The notes under the pieces are model-generated. The model was not told where the DNA came from and did not search any database. It saw nothing but the letters and a program-made list of their open reading frames with translations. 59,574 bases of DNA from NCBI GenBank assembly GCA_044450345.1, contig JBIOIY010000011.1:1-59574 (forward strand), read 5' to 3'. Origin of the DNA: Thermodesulfovibrionales bacterium. Lineage in GTDB: Bacteria; Nitrospirota; Thermodesulfovibrionia; Thermodesulfovibrionales; UBA6898. Shown here in pieces: positions 20,404-29,648 of the stretch. Position 1 is the first letter of the stretch. Every line of letters starts with the position of its first letter. The position numbers were made by a program, and so were the translations under genes.

Positions 20404-21573
20404 ATGAAAAAAGGTGCAGCTTACGGGAGACGGAACGCTCTGCTGACAGGCGTCATCATCGCCATTTCGGCGGCATTCCTCGGTTCATGTGCGAACGGCA
20501 ATTCAAGCCAGCCGCCGAAAAAACCGGTGGCGCCTGTTTCAGTGGGAACAGTCGCCCAAAAGACCGTGCCGGTCCTGTTGACCGCGATAGGGAACGTCGA
20601 AACTGTTTCCACGATACAGGTCAAATCCCAGATTGGCGGGATACTGGACAAGGTCCACTTCAAGGAAGGTCAGGACGTCGCAAAAGGCTCTCTCCTTTTT
20701 ACGATCGATCCGAGACAATACGAGGCGCAGGTCAAACAGGCCGAGGCCAACCTCGCAAAAGACAAGGCACAGTTGGAGAACGCACGCGAAGAGGCACAGC
20801 GTTACGGAGAGCTGGTGAAGAAAGGGTATGTGGCCAGAGAGCAGTATGAGCAATACCGCACCAACGCAGCCGCACTCGAAGCGACCGTCAATGCAGACAA
20901 GGCGATGGCCGAAAATGCGCATCTCCAGCTGAAATATTGCTATATCTATTCCCCGATCACCGGACGGACCGGCAACCTCATAGCGGCCGAAGGCAATCTC
21001 ATCAAGGCCAGCGCCGATACCTCGATGGTCGTGATCAACCAGATCCAGCCCATATATGTGACTTTTTCGCTGCCGGAACAGAACCTGCCCGAGATAAAAA
21101 AATATATGGCCCAGGGGAAGGTTACGGTCGGGGCATACCTATCGAAGGATGACAAGACACCCGAGCAGGGGGTGCTCACTTTTGTGGACAATACCGTCGA
21201 TCCCACCACGGGCACCATCAAACTCAAGGCGACGTTCCAAAATGCGCAGAAGAAACTCTGGCCGGGACAGTTCGTGAATGTGGCCCTCACATTGACGACC
21301 CAACCCAACGCACTTCTCCTCCCTACAAGCGCCATCCAGACAGGTCAGAGCGGCCAATTCGTCTTTGTTGTCAAAAAAGATAACACAGTAGAGTCGCGTC
21401 CTATTGCCGCCGGACGGGCAATCGGCGACGAGACGGTGATCGAAAAGGGGGTAACCCCCGGTGAAACAGTGGTGACAGACGGCCAGGTGAGGCTTGTTCC
21501 AGGGGCCAAGGTCGAAATCAAGAATAATGCGGGGGCGGGTTTGCCCGCCCCTGCCGTTGGGAACAACCCGTGA
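20404..21573 (+). CDS. RND efflux periplasmic adaptor (MdtA-like)
   Basis: Lipobox LGSC; SPITGRTG, DNTVDPTTGTI, LWPGQFV. Confidence 0.92.
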   Translation: MKKGAAYGRRNALLTGVIIAISAAFLGSCANGNSSQPPKKPVAPVSVGTVAQKTVPVLLTAIGNVETVSTIQVKSQIGGILDKVHFKEGQDVAKGSLLFTIDPRQYEAQVKQAEANLAKDKAQLENAREEAQRYGELVKKGYVAREQYEQYRTNAAALEATVNADKAMAENAHLQLKYCYIYSPITGRTGNLIAAEGNLIKASADTSMVVINQIQPIYVTFSLPEQNLPEIKKYMAQGKVTVGAYLSKDDKTPEQGVLTFVDNTVDPTTGTIKLKATFQNAQKKLWPGQFVNVALTLTTQPNALLLPTSAIQTGQSGQFVFVVKKDNTVESRPIAAGRAIGDETVIEKGVTPGETVVTDGQVRLVPGAKVEIKNNAGAGLPAPAVGNNP

Positions 21574-24500
21574 ATATCGCCGAACTCTTTATTCGCAGAC
21601 CGATCATGACCTCCCTGGTCATGCTCGCCATTTTCATCTTCGGCATCGGCGCCTACCGGTTTCTCCCGGTGAATGACCTCCCGAATGTCGACTTCCCTAC
21701 CATTCAGGTGACAGCAAGCCTGCCCGGCGCCAACCCGGACACCATGGCCTCGGCGGTGGCCACGCCCCTTGAGCGTCAGTTCTCGACCATCGCCGGCGTG
21801 GATTCTATGAATTCCACGAACGGCATCGGGACCACCCAGATCACCGTCCAGTTCAACCTTTCCAGAAATATCGACGCGGCGGCACAGGACGTCCAGGCGG
21901 CCATCTCCCGCGCCTCGCGCCAGCTCCCGCAGAACATGCCGGCGCCGCCGTCTTTCAACAAGGTGAACCCGGCCGACCAGCCGGTCATCTATCTTGCACT
22001 GAGTTCCCTGACGCTCCCCCTCTACACCGTCGACGATTACGCCGAGACCTTCATGGCCCAGAGGATCTCGATGATCAGCGGCGTGGCCCAGGTGTCGGTC
22101 TTCGGCGCACAGAAATACGCTGTCCGCGCACAGGTCGACCCGAAGGCATTGACTACACGCCAGATCGGAATCAACGAGGTGGGGGACGCCCTCAACAATG
22201 CGAACGTGAACATCCCTACCGGCCTACTCAGCGGGAAAAACCAGGCGTTCACCATCCAGGCGACAGGCCAGCTTTTTAACGCCGCCGCCTACCGCCCCCT
22301 TATTGTAGCTTATCGTAACGGCTCCCCGGTGCGTCTCGACCAGGTCGGCCGGGTAATAGACAGTGTGGAAAACAACAAGGCCGCGAGCTGGTATAACAAC
22401 ACCCGCGGCATCATACTTGCCGTCCAGCGTCAGCCCGGCACCAACACCATCGAGGTGGTCGACAGCGTCAAAAAACTTTTGCCCGTCTTTCGCGCCCAGA
22501 TACCGGCCTCAGTCAACCTGGATGTCCTTTACGACCGCTCCATATCGATCCGGGAGTCGGTCGAGGACGTAAAATTCACGCTCTTTCTCACCATCTGCCT
22601 CGTGGTTTTGGTGATATTCCTTTTCCTTCGCAATGTCTCGGCCACGTTGATCCCGAGCCTTGCGCTCCCTTTCTCCATCATCGGCACCTTCGCAGCAATG
22701 TATCTGATGGATTTTTCGGTCAACAACATCTCGCTTTTAGCACTGACGCTCTCAGTCGGCTTCGTCGTAGACGACGCGATCGTCATGCTCGAAAATATAG
22801 TCAGACACATGGAGCACGGGGAAGGAGTTATGGAGGCGGCCCTAAAGGGGTCGAGAGAGATCGGCTTTACGATCCTTTCGATGACCCTCTCGCTGGTGGC
22901 GGTGTTCATCCCTGTCCTCTTCATGGGGGGCATCCTCGGCAGGCTACTCCACGAGTTCGCGGTGACAATAAGCATGGCGATACTGATTTCGGGTTTCGTC
23001 TCCCTGACCCTGACCCCAATGCTCTGCAGCCGTTTTCTAAGACCGCCCGGCGCAGAAAAGCACGGCCGATTCTATCTTGCCATGGAGCGCGTCTTTGACG
23101 GCATGCGCAACTTTTACGAACGCTCCCTCTCCGTGGTCATACGCTACAGGCGCACCACCATCGGGGTAACGATAGCCCTTACTCTGGCCACAGGCTGGCT
23201 TTTCGCAAGGATGCCGATGGGCTTCCTTCCCACTGAAGACACAGGCCAGATATTCGCCTTTACGGAAGCGGCACAGGGTATATCCTTCGACGATATGGTG
23301 CGCCATCAGAAACAGCTGGCGGAGATCGTGTCCAAGGACCCGAACATAGACTCGTTTATGTCGGCCATCGGCGGCAGCACCCTCAGTGTCGCGAGCAATT
23401 CAGGCCGTATCTTCATGCGCCTGAAGCCCCGGGACAAGCGGAACCTTACCGCCGACCAGATAATCCAGGAGCTCAGGCCGAAGGTATCGAAGGTGCCCGG
23501 CATCATGATGTTTATGCAGAACCTCCCTTCGATCAGGATCGGAGGGCAGCTGACAAAGAGCCAGTACCAGTTTACCCTCCAAAGCCCTGACACCGATGAA
23601 CTGTACCGTTCCGCGGTCGCCCTGGAGGCGAAGATGAAGACGATTACCCAGCTTCAGGACGTCACCAGCGATCTGCAGATCAAATCGCCGCAGGTCAACG
23701 TGGACATCGACCGCGACAAGGCAGCTGCGCTCGGCCTCTCTGCCGAACAGATCGAGGACGCACTCTACTATGCCTACGGCTCCAGGCAGGTATCTACCAT
23801 CTACGCGCCGAATAACCAGTATCAGGTGATCCTCGAACTGGACCCGGATTACCAGATGGAGCCCTCGGCCCTTTCAATGCTCTATGTCCGTTCGAGCAAA
23901 GGGAGCCTCGTACCTCTTAACACTGTTGCGAGACTATCAGGGAGTCTGGGGCCTCTTACCGTCAATCACCTGGGACAGCTTCCGGCGGTCACCATATCTT
24001 TCAACCTCAAACCAGGGGTGGCCCTGAGCGACGCGGTCGGCGTGGTGCAGAAAGCTGCCGGGGAGACGCTCCCCCAGTCGGTCACCACGAGTTTCCAGGG
24101 TTCTGCCCAGGCGTTTCAGTCCTCCATGAAAGGACTTTGGGTCCTTCTCGTAATGGCTGTCGTCGTTATCTACATAGTCCTGGGCATCCTCTACGAAAGT
24201 TATATACATCCCCTCACGATCCTCTCCGGACTTCCCTCTGCGGGATTCGGTGCTTTGATCACCCTGATGTTTTTCGGTTATGAGCTCAATATATACGCCT
24301 TTGTGGGCGTGATTATGCTCATCGGTATCGTGAAGAAAAACGCGATCATGATGATAGACTTCGCCCTGGAAGCAGAAAGGAAGGAAGGGAAGACACCCCT
24401 CGATGCGATCTTCGAAGGCGCAATGGTCCGTTTCAGACCGATCATGATGACGACCATGGCCGCACTTATGGGCACCCTTCCCATCGCAATCGGCATCGGC

Positions 24501-24683
24501 GCAGGAGCATCCTCGCGGAGACCGCTCGGACTCGCCGTGGTGGGAGGCCTTATCTTCTCGCAGCTCATGACGCTTTACATCACCCCTGTTGTTTACTACT
24601 ATATGGACACGTTCCAGAAGAAAGTGGGAGGCCTGCTGAAGAAGAAAAAACTCAAGCCTGAAGAGGGTGCGCTGCAGGCATAA
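21570..24683 (+). CDS. RND efflux transporter (MdtB/MdtC-like)
   Basis: FIRRPI, GFVVDDAIVMLENI, GIVKKNAIMMIDFA, RFRPIMMTT. Confidence 0.95.
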   Translation: MNIAELFIRRPIMTSLVMLAIFIFGIGAYRFLPVNDLPNVDFPTIQVTASLPGANPDTMASAVATPLERQFSTIAGVDSMNSTNGIGTTQITVQFNLSRNIDAAAQDVQAAISRASRQLPQNMPAPPSFNKVNPADQPVIYLALSSLTLPLYTVDDYAETFMAQRISMISGVAQVSVFGAQKYAVRAQVDPKALTTRQIGINEVGDALNNANVNIPTGLLSGKNQAFTIQATGQLFNAAAYRPLIVAYRNGSPVRLDQVGRVIDSVENNKAASWYNNTRGIILAVQRQPGTNTIEVVDSVKKLLPVFRAQIPASVNLDVLYDRSISIRESVEDVKFTLFLTICLVVLVIFLFLRNVSATLIPSLALPFSIIGTFAAMYLMDFSVNNISLLALTLSVGFVVDDAIVMLENIVRHMEHGEGVMEAALKGSREIGFTILSMTLSLVAVFIPVLFMGGILGRLLHEFAVTISMAILISGFVSLTLTPMLCSRFLRPPGAEKHGRFYLAMERVFDGMRNFYERSLSVVIRYRRTTIGVTIALTLATGWLFARMPMGFLPTEDTGQIFAFTEAAQGISFDDMVRHQKQLAEIVSKDPNIDSFMSAIGGSTLSVASNSGRIFMRLKPRDKRNLTADQIIQELRPKVSKVPGIMMFMQNLPSIRIGGQLTKSQYQFTLQSPDTDELYRSAVALEAKMKTITQLQDVTSDLQIKSPQVNVDIDRDKAAALGLSAEQIEDALYYAYGSRQVSTIYAPNNQYQVILELDPDYQMEPSALSMLYVRSSKGSLVPLNTVARLSGSLGPLTVNHLGQLPAVTISFNLKPGVALSDAVGVVQKAAGETLPQSVTTSFQGSAQAFQSSMKGLWVLLVMAVVVIYIVLGILYESYIHPLTILSGLPSAGFGALITLMFFGYELNIYAFVGVIMLIGIVKKNAIMMIDFALEAERKEGKTPLDAIFEGAMVRFRPIMMTTMAALMGTLPIAIGIGAGASSRRPLGLAVVGGLIFSQLMTLYITPVVYYYMDTFQKKVGGLLKKKKLKPEEGALQA

Positions 24684-24766
24684 TTTTCCAGACGCCTAAC
24701 TTTATTAGTAAGTCTTCAAAGATATACTATAGACACTATTTTGAGCTTTCGACAGGAGGTCTTTAT

Positions 24767-26086
24767 ATGAAAAGGATCATTTCATTCACGCTTCTGCTCT
24801 TATTCATCGTGCCCTTTAAGGCGGACGCAGAGGATATCATAAGAAAGGACGAACTGCTCACGCTCCAGCGGTGCATAGAGATCGCGATCATAAAACATCC
24901 GACCATTGTCGCGGCTCAGAATAACGTAAGCGCAAACCAAAGCCGGGTATTCGAGGCGAAGGCAAACTACTATCCCCAGATCGCGGCGAACGCCGGCTAC
25001 AACAGGATCAAGCCCATTACAGGTATACAGGGTGCAGTTTCTACAGGAATCAGTGTGTCTACACTCGAAAATCCGACTAAAAGTTTCGACCAGTTCACGG
25101 GCAGCCTGACGCTCTCTCAACTTATCTATGATTTCGGAAAGACTAGCTCGCAGGTGGATGTCCAGAAGTTCCTTTTCGATTCTTCAAGGGCCGACCTGGA
25201 AACAACAGTGGAACAGGTGCTCCTGAACGTCAAGCAGGCATACTACGGATTGTTACAGACGAAGCGAAACAGGGCCGTCGCCGATGATACGGTAAAACAG
25301 TTCCAACTCCACCTCGACCAGGCAAAAGGGTTCTATGAGGTGGGGACCCATCCGAAATACGACGTTACCAAGGCCGAGGTAGATCTGAGCAATTCGAAAC
25401 TGAACCTCATAAAGGCCGAAAATAACGTAAAGGTCGCCAAGGTGACTCTCAACAATGCTATGGGTGTAGCGGATGCGCCCGACTATACCACAGAGGACAA
25501 CCTTGCATTTCAGAAGTATGAGATAACCCTGCCCCAGGCTATCGAGACAGCGTATAAGAACAGGCCCGACCTGCAGTCCACCGTCGCAAAAAGGGTGTCC
25601 GCTGAAAGGGCCGTCGACCTCGCCAAAACAGGATATTACCCTGTATTGACGGGCAACGCCGCGTATAACCGCTCAGACGCCAACTTCTTTCCTTCCGGTG
25701 AGGGCTGGAATGCAGGCGTGGCCCTTACGTTTCCTATCTTCAGCGGCTTCCTCACGAAAAATCAGGTGGAAGAGGCGAAGGCGAACCTGGGCGTTGCACG
25801 GGCAAACGAGGAGACGCTCAAACAGGGCATATACCTCGATGTGCAGCAGGCATACCTGAACCTGATAGTGGCCGAAGAGAGCATCTCCAATACTGAACTC
25901 ACCGTGAAGCAGGCGACCGAGAACATGGAGATCGCCAACGGCAGATACTCAGCGGGTGTCGGCAACCCCATCGAAGTTGCGGACGCAGAGATCTTGCTCG
26001 TGAATGCAAGGACCGCGTATAACCAGGCGCTCTATGACTATAAGGTCGCCCGCGCAAGCCTCGAAAAAGCGATGGGCATTCGATAG
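24767..26086 (+). CDS. TolC-family outer membrane efflux protein
   Basis: Signal peptide; duplicated OEP repeats (YYPQI, IYDFG, PIFSG). Confidence 0.92.
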   Translation: MKRIISFTLLLLFIVPFKADAEDIIRKDELLTLQRCIEIAIIKHPTIVAAQNNVSANQSRVFEAKANYYPQIAANAGYNRIKPITGIQGAVSTGISVSTLENPTKSFDQFTGSLTLSQLIYDFGKTSSQVDVQKFLFDSSRADLETTVEQVLLNVKQAYYGLLQTKRNRAVADDTVKQFQLHLDQAKGFYEVGTHPKYDVTKAEVDLSNSKLNLIKAENNVKVAKVTLNNAMGVADAPDYTTEDNLAFQKYEITLPQAIETAYKNRPDLQSTVAKRVSAERAVDLAKTGYYPVLTGNAAYNRSDANFFPSGEGWNAGVALTFPIFSGFLTKNQVEEAKANLGVARANEETLKQGIYLDVQQAYLNLIVAEESISNTELTVKQATENMEIANGRYSAGVGNPIEVADAEILLVNARTAYNQALYDYKVARASLEKAMGIR

Positions 26087-26119
26087 GTTCGCCTGTCAGC
26101 CGGCAGATAAGAGAGGGAA

Positions 26120-27169
26120 ATGAAAAAAGCGATCATACGGACAGGGGTCCCTCTGCTGGTACTCCTCGCCGTCTTTGCCGCACTCTTTATCTATCATGCC
26201 CGTACCGGCAAAACCGCCCCGGTATTGAGGGCAACCGGCATCATTGACGGCATAGAAGTAAACCTTTCTCCAAAAGTGGCAGGAAGGATTTCCTGGGTAT
26301 GCTGCAACGAAGGCGACATGGTGAAGGAAGGGCAGGTCGCCGTCACCCTCGAAAGCGAAGACCTAAAGGCGTCCGCGGACCAGGCCGCTGCCGGCGTTGA
26401 AAGGGCAAGGGCCGATATCAGGACCGCCGAGGCCTCGATCGAGAACTCCAGGGCCAATATGCTCAGCGCCGATGCCGATATGAGGAGCGCTGCCGCCGAC
26501 ATGGCCAGGGCGCGCACGCAGATGGAAGAATCCCGGAGAGAGGCGGAACGCGCGAAGGAACTGCACAAAAAAGAATTCATCTCAAGAGAGTCCCGCGATC
26601 AGATAGTCGCCGCCTATGACGGAAATGCCGCGGCATACGATTCTTCCAAAGAGAAGCTTAATTCCAGCCGTGCCAAAAAGGACGCGGCGGTCGGCCAGCT
26701 TAACATCGCGATCAGCCAGCTCACCTCGGCAAAGGCCATGTTGAAGGAGGGGGAAGCGGCACTTGCATTCGCGAAGTCAAAGCTAGCCGACACAACCGTA
26801 AAAACGCCGGTGACCGGCACCGTCATATTCAAATCGATGGAAAAAGGTGAAACCATTAGCCCGGGGGTAACAATTCTCACGGTGGTCGACCTCAACAGTC
26901 TCTACGCGCGGGTCGATCTCGACGAAACGAAGATCGGCGGGGTTGTGCTGAACGGCCCCGCTACCGTGACCGCAGACGGATTGCCCGGCAAGATATTTAA
27001 GGGCAGGGTATCTGAGATAGGACGCTACGCGGAATTTGCGACACAGAGAGACGTGATCCGAGGGAGGGAGGACATTAAGACCTTCAGGGTAAAGGTGAGG
27101 GTCGATGACCCGGCAGGTCTTCTGAAGCCCGGCATGACCGTTGAAGTCGAGATACCGAAAAAGGGGTGA
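26120..27169 (+). CDS. HlyD-family membrane fusion protein
   Basis: N-terminal TM, long coiled coil, PVTGTV, LKPGM. Confidence 0.9.
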   Translation: MKKAIIRTGVPLLVLLAVFAALFIYHARTGKTAPVLRATGIIDGIEVNLSPKVAGRISWVCCNEGDMVKEGQVAVTLESEDLKASADQAAAGVERARADIRTAEASIENSRANMLSADADMRSAAADMARARTQMEESRREAERAKELHKKEFISRESRDQIVAAYDGNAAAYDSSKEKLNSSRAKKDAAVGQLNIAISQLTSAKAMLKEGEAALAFAKSKLADTTVKTPVTGTVIFKSMEKGETISPGVTILTVVDLNSLYARVDLDETKIGGVVLNGPATVTADGLPGKIFKGRVSEIGRYAEFATQRDVIRGREDIKTFRVKVRVDDPAGLLKPGMTVEVEIPKKG

Positions 27170-27172
27170 GCG

Positions 27173-28186
27173 TTGCCTGACGGAAAAGACAAGGCCATCA
27201 CCGTCTCGGAAATAACAAAGAAATTCGGCGGCCTGACAGCCGTCGATAACGTGAGCTTCGAAGTCGAGCGGGGCGAATTCTTCGGATTTCTCGGTCCCAA
27301 CGGCGCCGGAAAAACCACCCTGATCAGGATGCTCACCACGTTGCTTAAACCCACGAGCGGTCATGCGGTCGTCTCATGCTGCGACGTCATGAAGGAGCCC
27401 ACCGAAGTCAGAAAACATATCGGGGTCGTACCGCAGGCCATGACGAGCGACCTCGATCTCACGGCCTACGAGAATATGGACATATACGGCCGGTTCTACG
27501 GCATCCACGCGAAGGAGAGGAAAGAGCGGATCAAGTCGCTCCTTGATATGGTAGGACTTACGTCGAGGGTAAATGACCTGGTGGCAACCTACTCCGGCGG
27601 CATGCGCAGGAGGCTCGAGATCGCGCGGGTCCTTGTGCACAAACCTGAATTATTGTTCCTGGACGAGCCGACTATCGGGCTCGACCCGCAGTCGAGGCGT
27701 GTAGTATGGGGCTTTCTCGAAAAGCTTATAGGAGGAAGTTCCATGACGATATTCCTCACCACGCATTACATGGAAGAAGCCGAGGCCTTATGCAGCAGGG
27801 TCGCCATTATAGATTCGGGGAAGATCATCGCGATGGGCAGTCAGGCCGAATTAAAATCTCAGATACCCGGCAATGATATCATCACGCTGAAGACAGATAG
27901 CCTCTCCGAAGGGACTATTGAAAAACTGAGCGGACTTCCTTTCGTACACAAGGTCATTCCCGAAGACGATCTGCTCCGGTTTAACGTGGACAGCGGTGCC
28001 ACCAACCTCCCCGCGCTCATGGACGAGGTGAGGAAACTGGGAGGAAAAGTCCTCTCCGCAACTATCCATGAGCAGTCTCTCGAAGATGTCTTTATCCATT
28101 TTACCGGGAAGTCCATCAGGGAAGAAGAGGCGAAGAAGGTGAGCTTTTTTGTCGGCGCCGGGATACCCCAGAAGTTGGGAAGATGA
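27173..28186 (+). CDS. ABC transporter ATP-binding protein (DrrA-like)
   Basis: GPNGAGKTT, YSGGMRRRLE, FLDEPT, TTHYMEEA. Confidence 0.95.
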   Translation: MPDGKDKAITVSEITKKFGGLTAVDNVSFEVERGEFFGFLGPNGAGKTTLIRMLTTLLKPTSGHAVVSCCDVMKEPTEVRKHIGVVPQAMTSDLDLTAYENMDIYGRFYGIHAKERKERIKSLLDMVGLTSRVNDLVATYSGGMRRRLEIARVLVHKPELLFLDEPTIGLDPQSRRVVWGFLEKLIGGSSMTIFLTTHYMEEAEALCSRVAIIDSGKIIAMGSQAELKSQIPGNDIITLKTDSLSEGTIEKLSGLPFVHKVIPEDDLLRFNVDSGATNLPALMDEVRKLGGKVLSATIHEQSLEDVFIHFTGKSIREEEAKKVSFFVGAGIPQKLGR

Positions 28187-28246
28187 TGGTCAGTGAAAAG
28201 TTGGCAGCGAAAAATAAGAAGTCAATGCCGGGTTCACTAGTACGAT

Positions 28247-28304
28247 GTCATTCCCGCTTGTCGGGAATCCCTCTGAGGAAAGATCCCGGACAAGCCGGGA
28301 TGAC
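28247..28304. repeat. REP-like element within the ABC operon
   Basis: GTCATTCCCGCTTGTCGGGAATC...CCCGGACAAGCCGGGATGAC. Confidence 0.75.
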
Positions 28305-28346
28305 TGGATGCGCGTTCTGTCAATGCGCAAAAGTCAAGAAACTCTT

Positions 28347-29462
28347 ATGATACGATTGCTTGCCGTCATTGAAAGGGACCTGAAAAAATTCAGGAGAAAC
28401 CCTGTCGTCCTCGCAATGAGCATCCTGATGCCTATCATCTACCTGGTGATCCTGGGGAATTCCTTCCAGGGGAAGCTGACCTCGCTCCCGGTTGTGGTCG
28501 TCACCCACGATAGCGGCTCCTTCGCCAAGCGCGTCATGGAAAACCTGAGGGCTATCCAGGCAGGACCCCAAACATTCACGATTATCGTCATGAAAGACGA
28601 GAACTCTGCTATTGAAGGCGTCCGGCATGGCCTTTATAAGGCCGCCGTCATCATACCTGCCGATTTCAGCAGGCGCGTCACGCTTCAGGGCCGCCCGGAG
28701 ATCGGCCTTTTTCTCGACAATACCGACGGCGTATCGTCGGAGACCATAAGGAACCTCGTCAACGCCGCAGTCGTGCCGCTCGGTCAACGGTATGTACCGA
28801 TCAGAGAGAAGACTAACGAAGTGCTCCTCAGGGACATCAACCTCTACCCCAAGGTCGACTATTACCAGTCCCTCGTACCCGGCGTCGTGATCATGGCGAT
28901 TTTTCTCGGGACTTTGACGACAGGCGCTTTCAACCTCGTCATGGACAGGTTCATGGGGATAGACGAGAGTTACCTCCTCACGCCATTGTCGAAGAGTCAT
29001 ATAGTCACGGGGCTTGTCATAAGCGGCCTTTCGATCACAACCGCAATCGCAGTCCTGATTTTGGTCGTCAGCATATGGATTACGGGGATCCCTTTTTCGA
29101 CTGGAATACACCAGTTCATTCCGCTCCTCATCATAATTGTCCTTACAACACTTTGCCTGATCAGTCTCATGTTCTTCATCCTCGGAAGGGTAGGACACCC
29201 GCGGATCGTCGGGATATTGAGCGGGTTTCTGAACGTCATGCTTTTCTTCCCGAGCGGGGCGATATATCCCATAGCGAGTTTCCCGGCCTGGCTGAAGGCG
29301 TTTGCCAAGATAAACCCCGAGGCATATGCCGTAGACGCGATGAAGTCCGTACTCTTCAAGGGAGCAAGCATTATTTACATCTCAGGCGATATTGCCTTTC
29401 TCGTGGTCTTTACCGCTGTGATGATGACCCTCTCGATACTTTCTTTCAAAAGAACGCTCTGA
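28347..29462 (+). CDS. ABC-2 type permease
   Basis: Start reassigned to ATG 28347 (MIRLLAVIERD...); six TM helices, FPSGAIYP, INPEAYAVDA. Confidence 0.9.
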   Translation: MIRLLAVIERDLKKFRRNPVVLAMSILMPIIYLVILGNSFQGKLTSLPVVVVTHDSGSFAKRVMENLRAIQAGPQTFTIIVMKDENSAIEGVRHGLYKAAVIIPADFSRRVTLQGRPEIGLFLDNTDGVSSETIRNLVNAAVVPLGQRYVPIREKTNEVLLRDINLYPKVDYYQSLVPGVVIMAIFLGTLTTGAFNLVMDRFMGIDESYLLTPLSKSHIVTGLVISGLSITTAIAVLILVVSIWITGIPFSTGIHQFIPLLIIIVLTTLCLISLMFFILGRVGHPRIVGILSGFLNVMLFFPSGAIYPIASFPAWLKAFAKINPEAYAVDAMKSVLFKGASIIYISGDIAFLVVFTAVMMTLSILSFKRTL

Positions 29463-29648
29463 ATAATGTCCAAAACTAGCTTTTCATAAAGAAGGGTGAG
29501 CGGGTTAGTGCCGCAAATAACGCCTCCCTCCGGGAAAAGATTTACATTTTTTGTCATTCTCAGCCCTCCCCCTTTATGGAAGTCATGGTAATTCCTCATT
29601 TTCCCAGTATGATTTCAGGCATCGAACCTGCTACTATATCTGATACGT

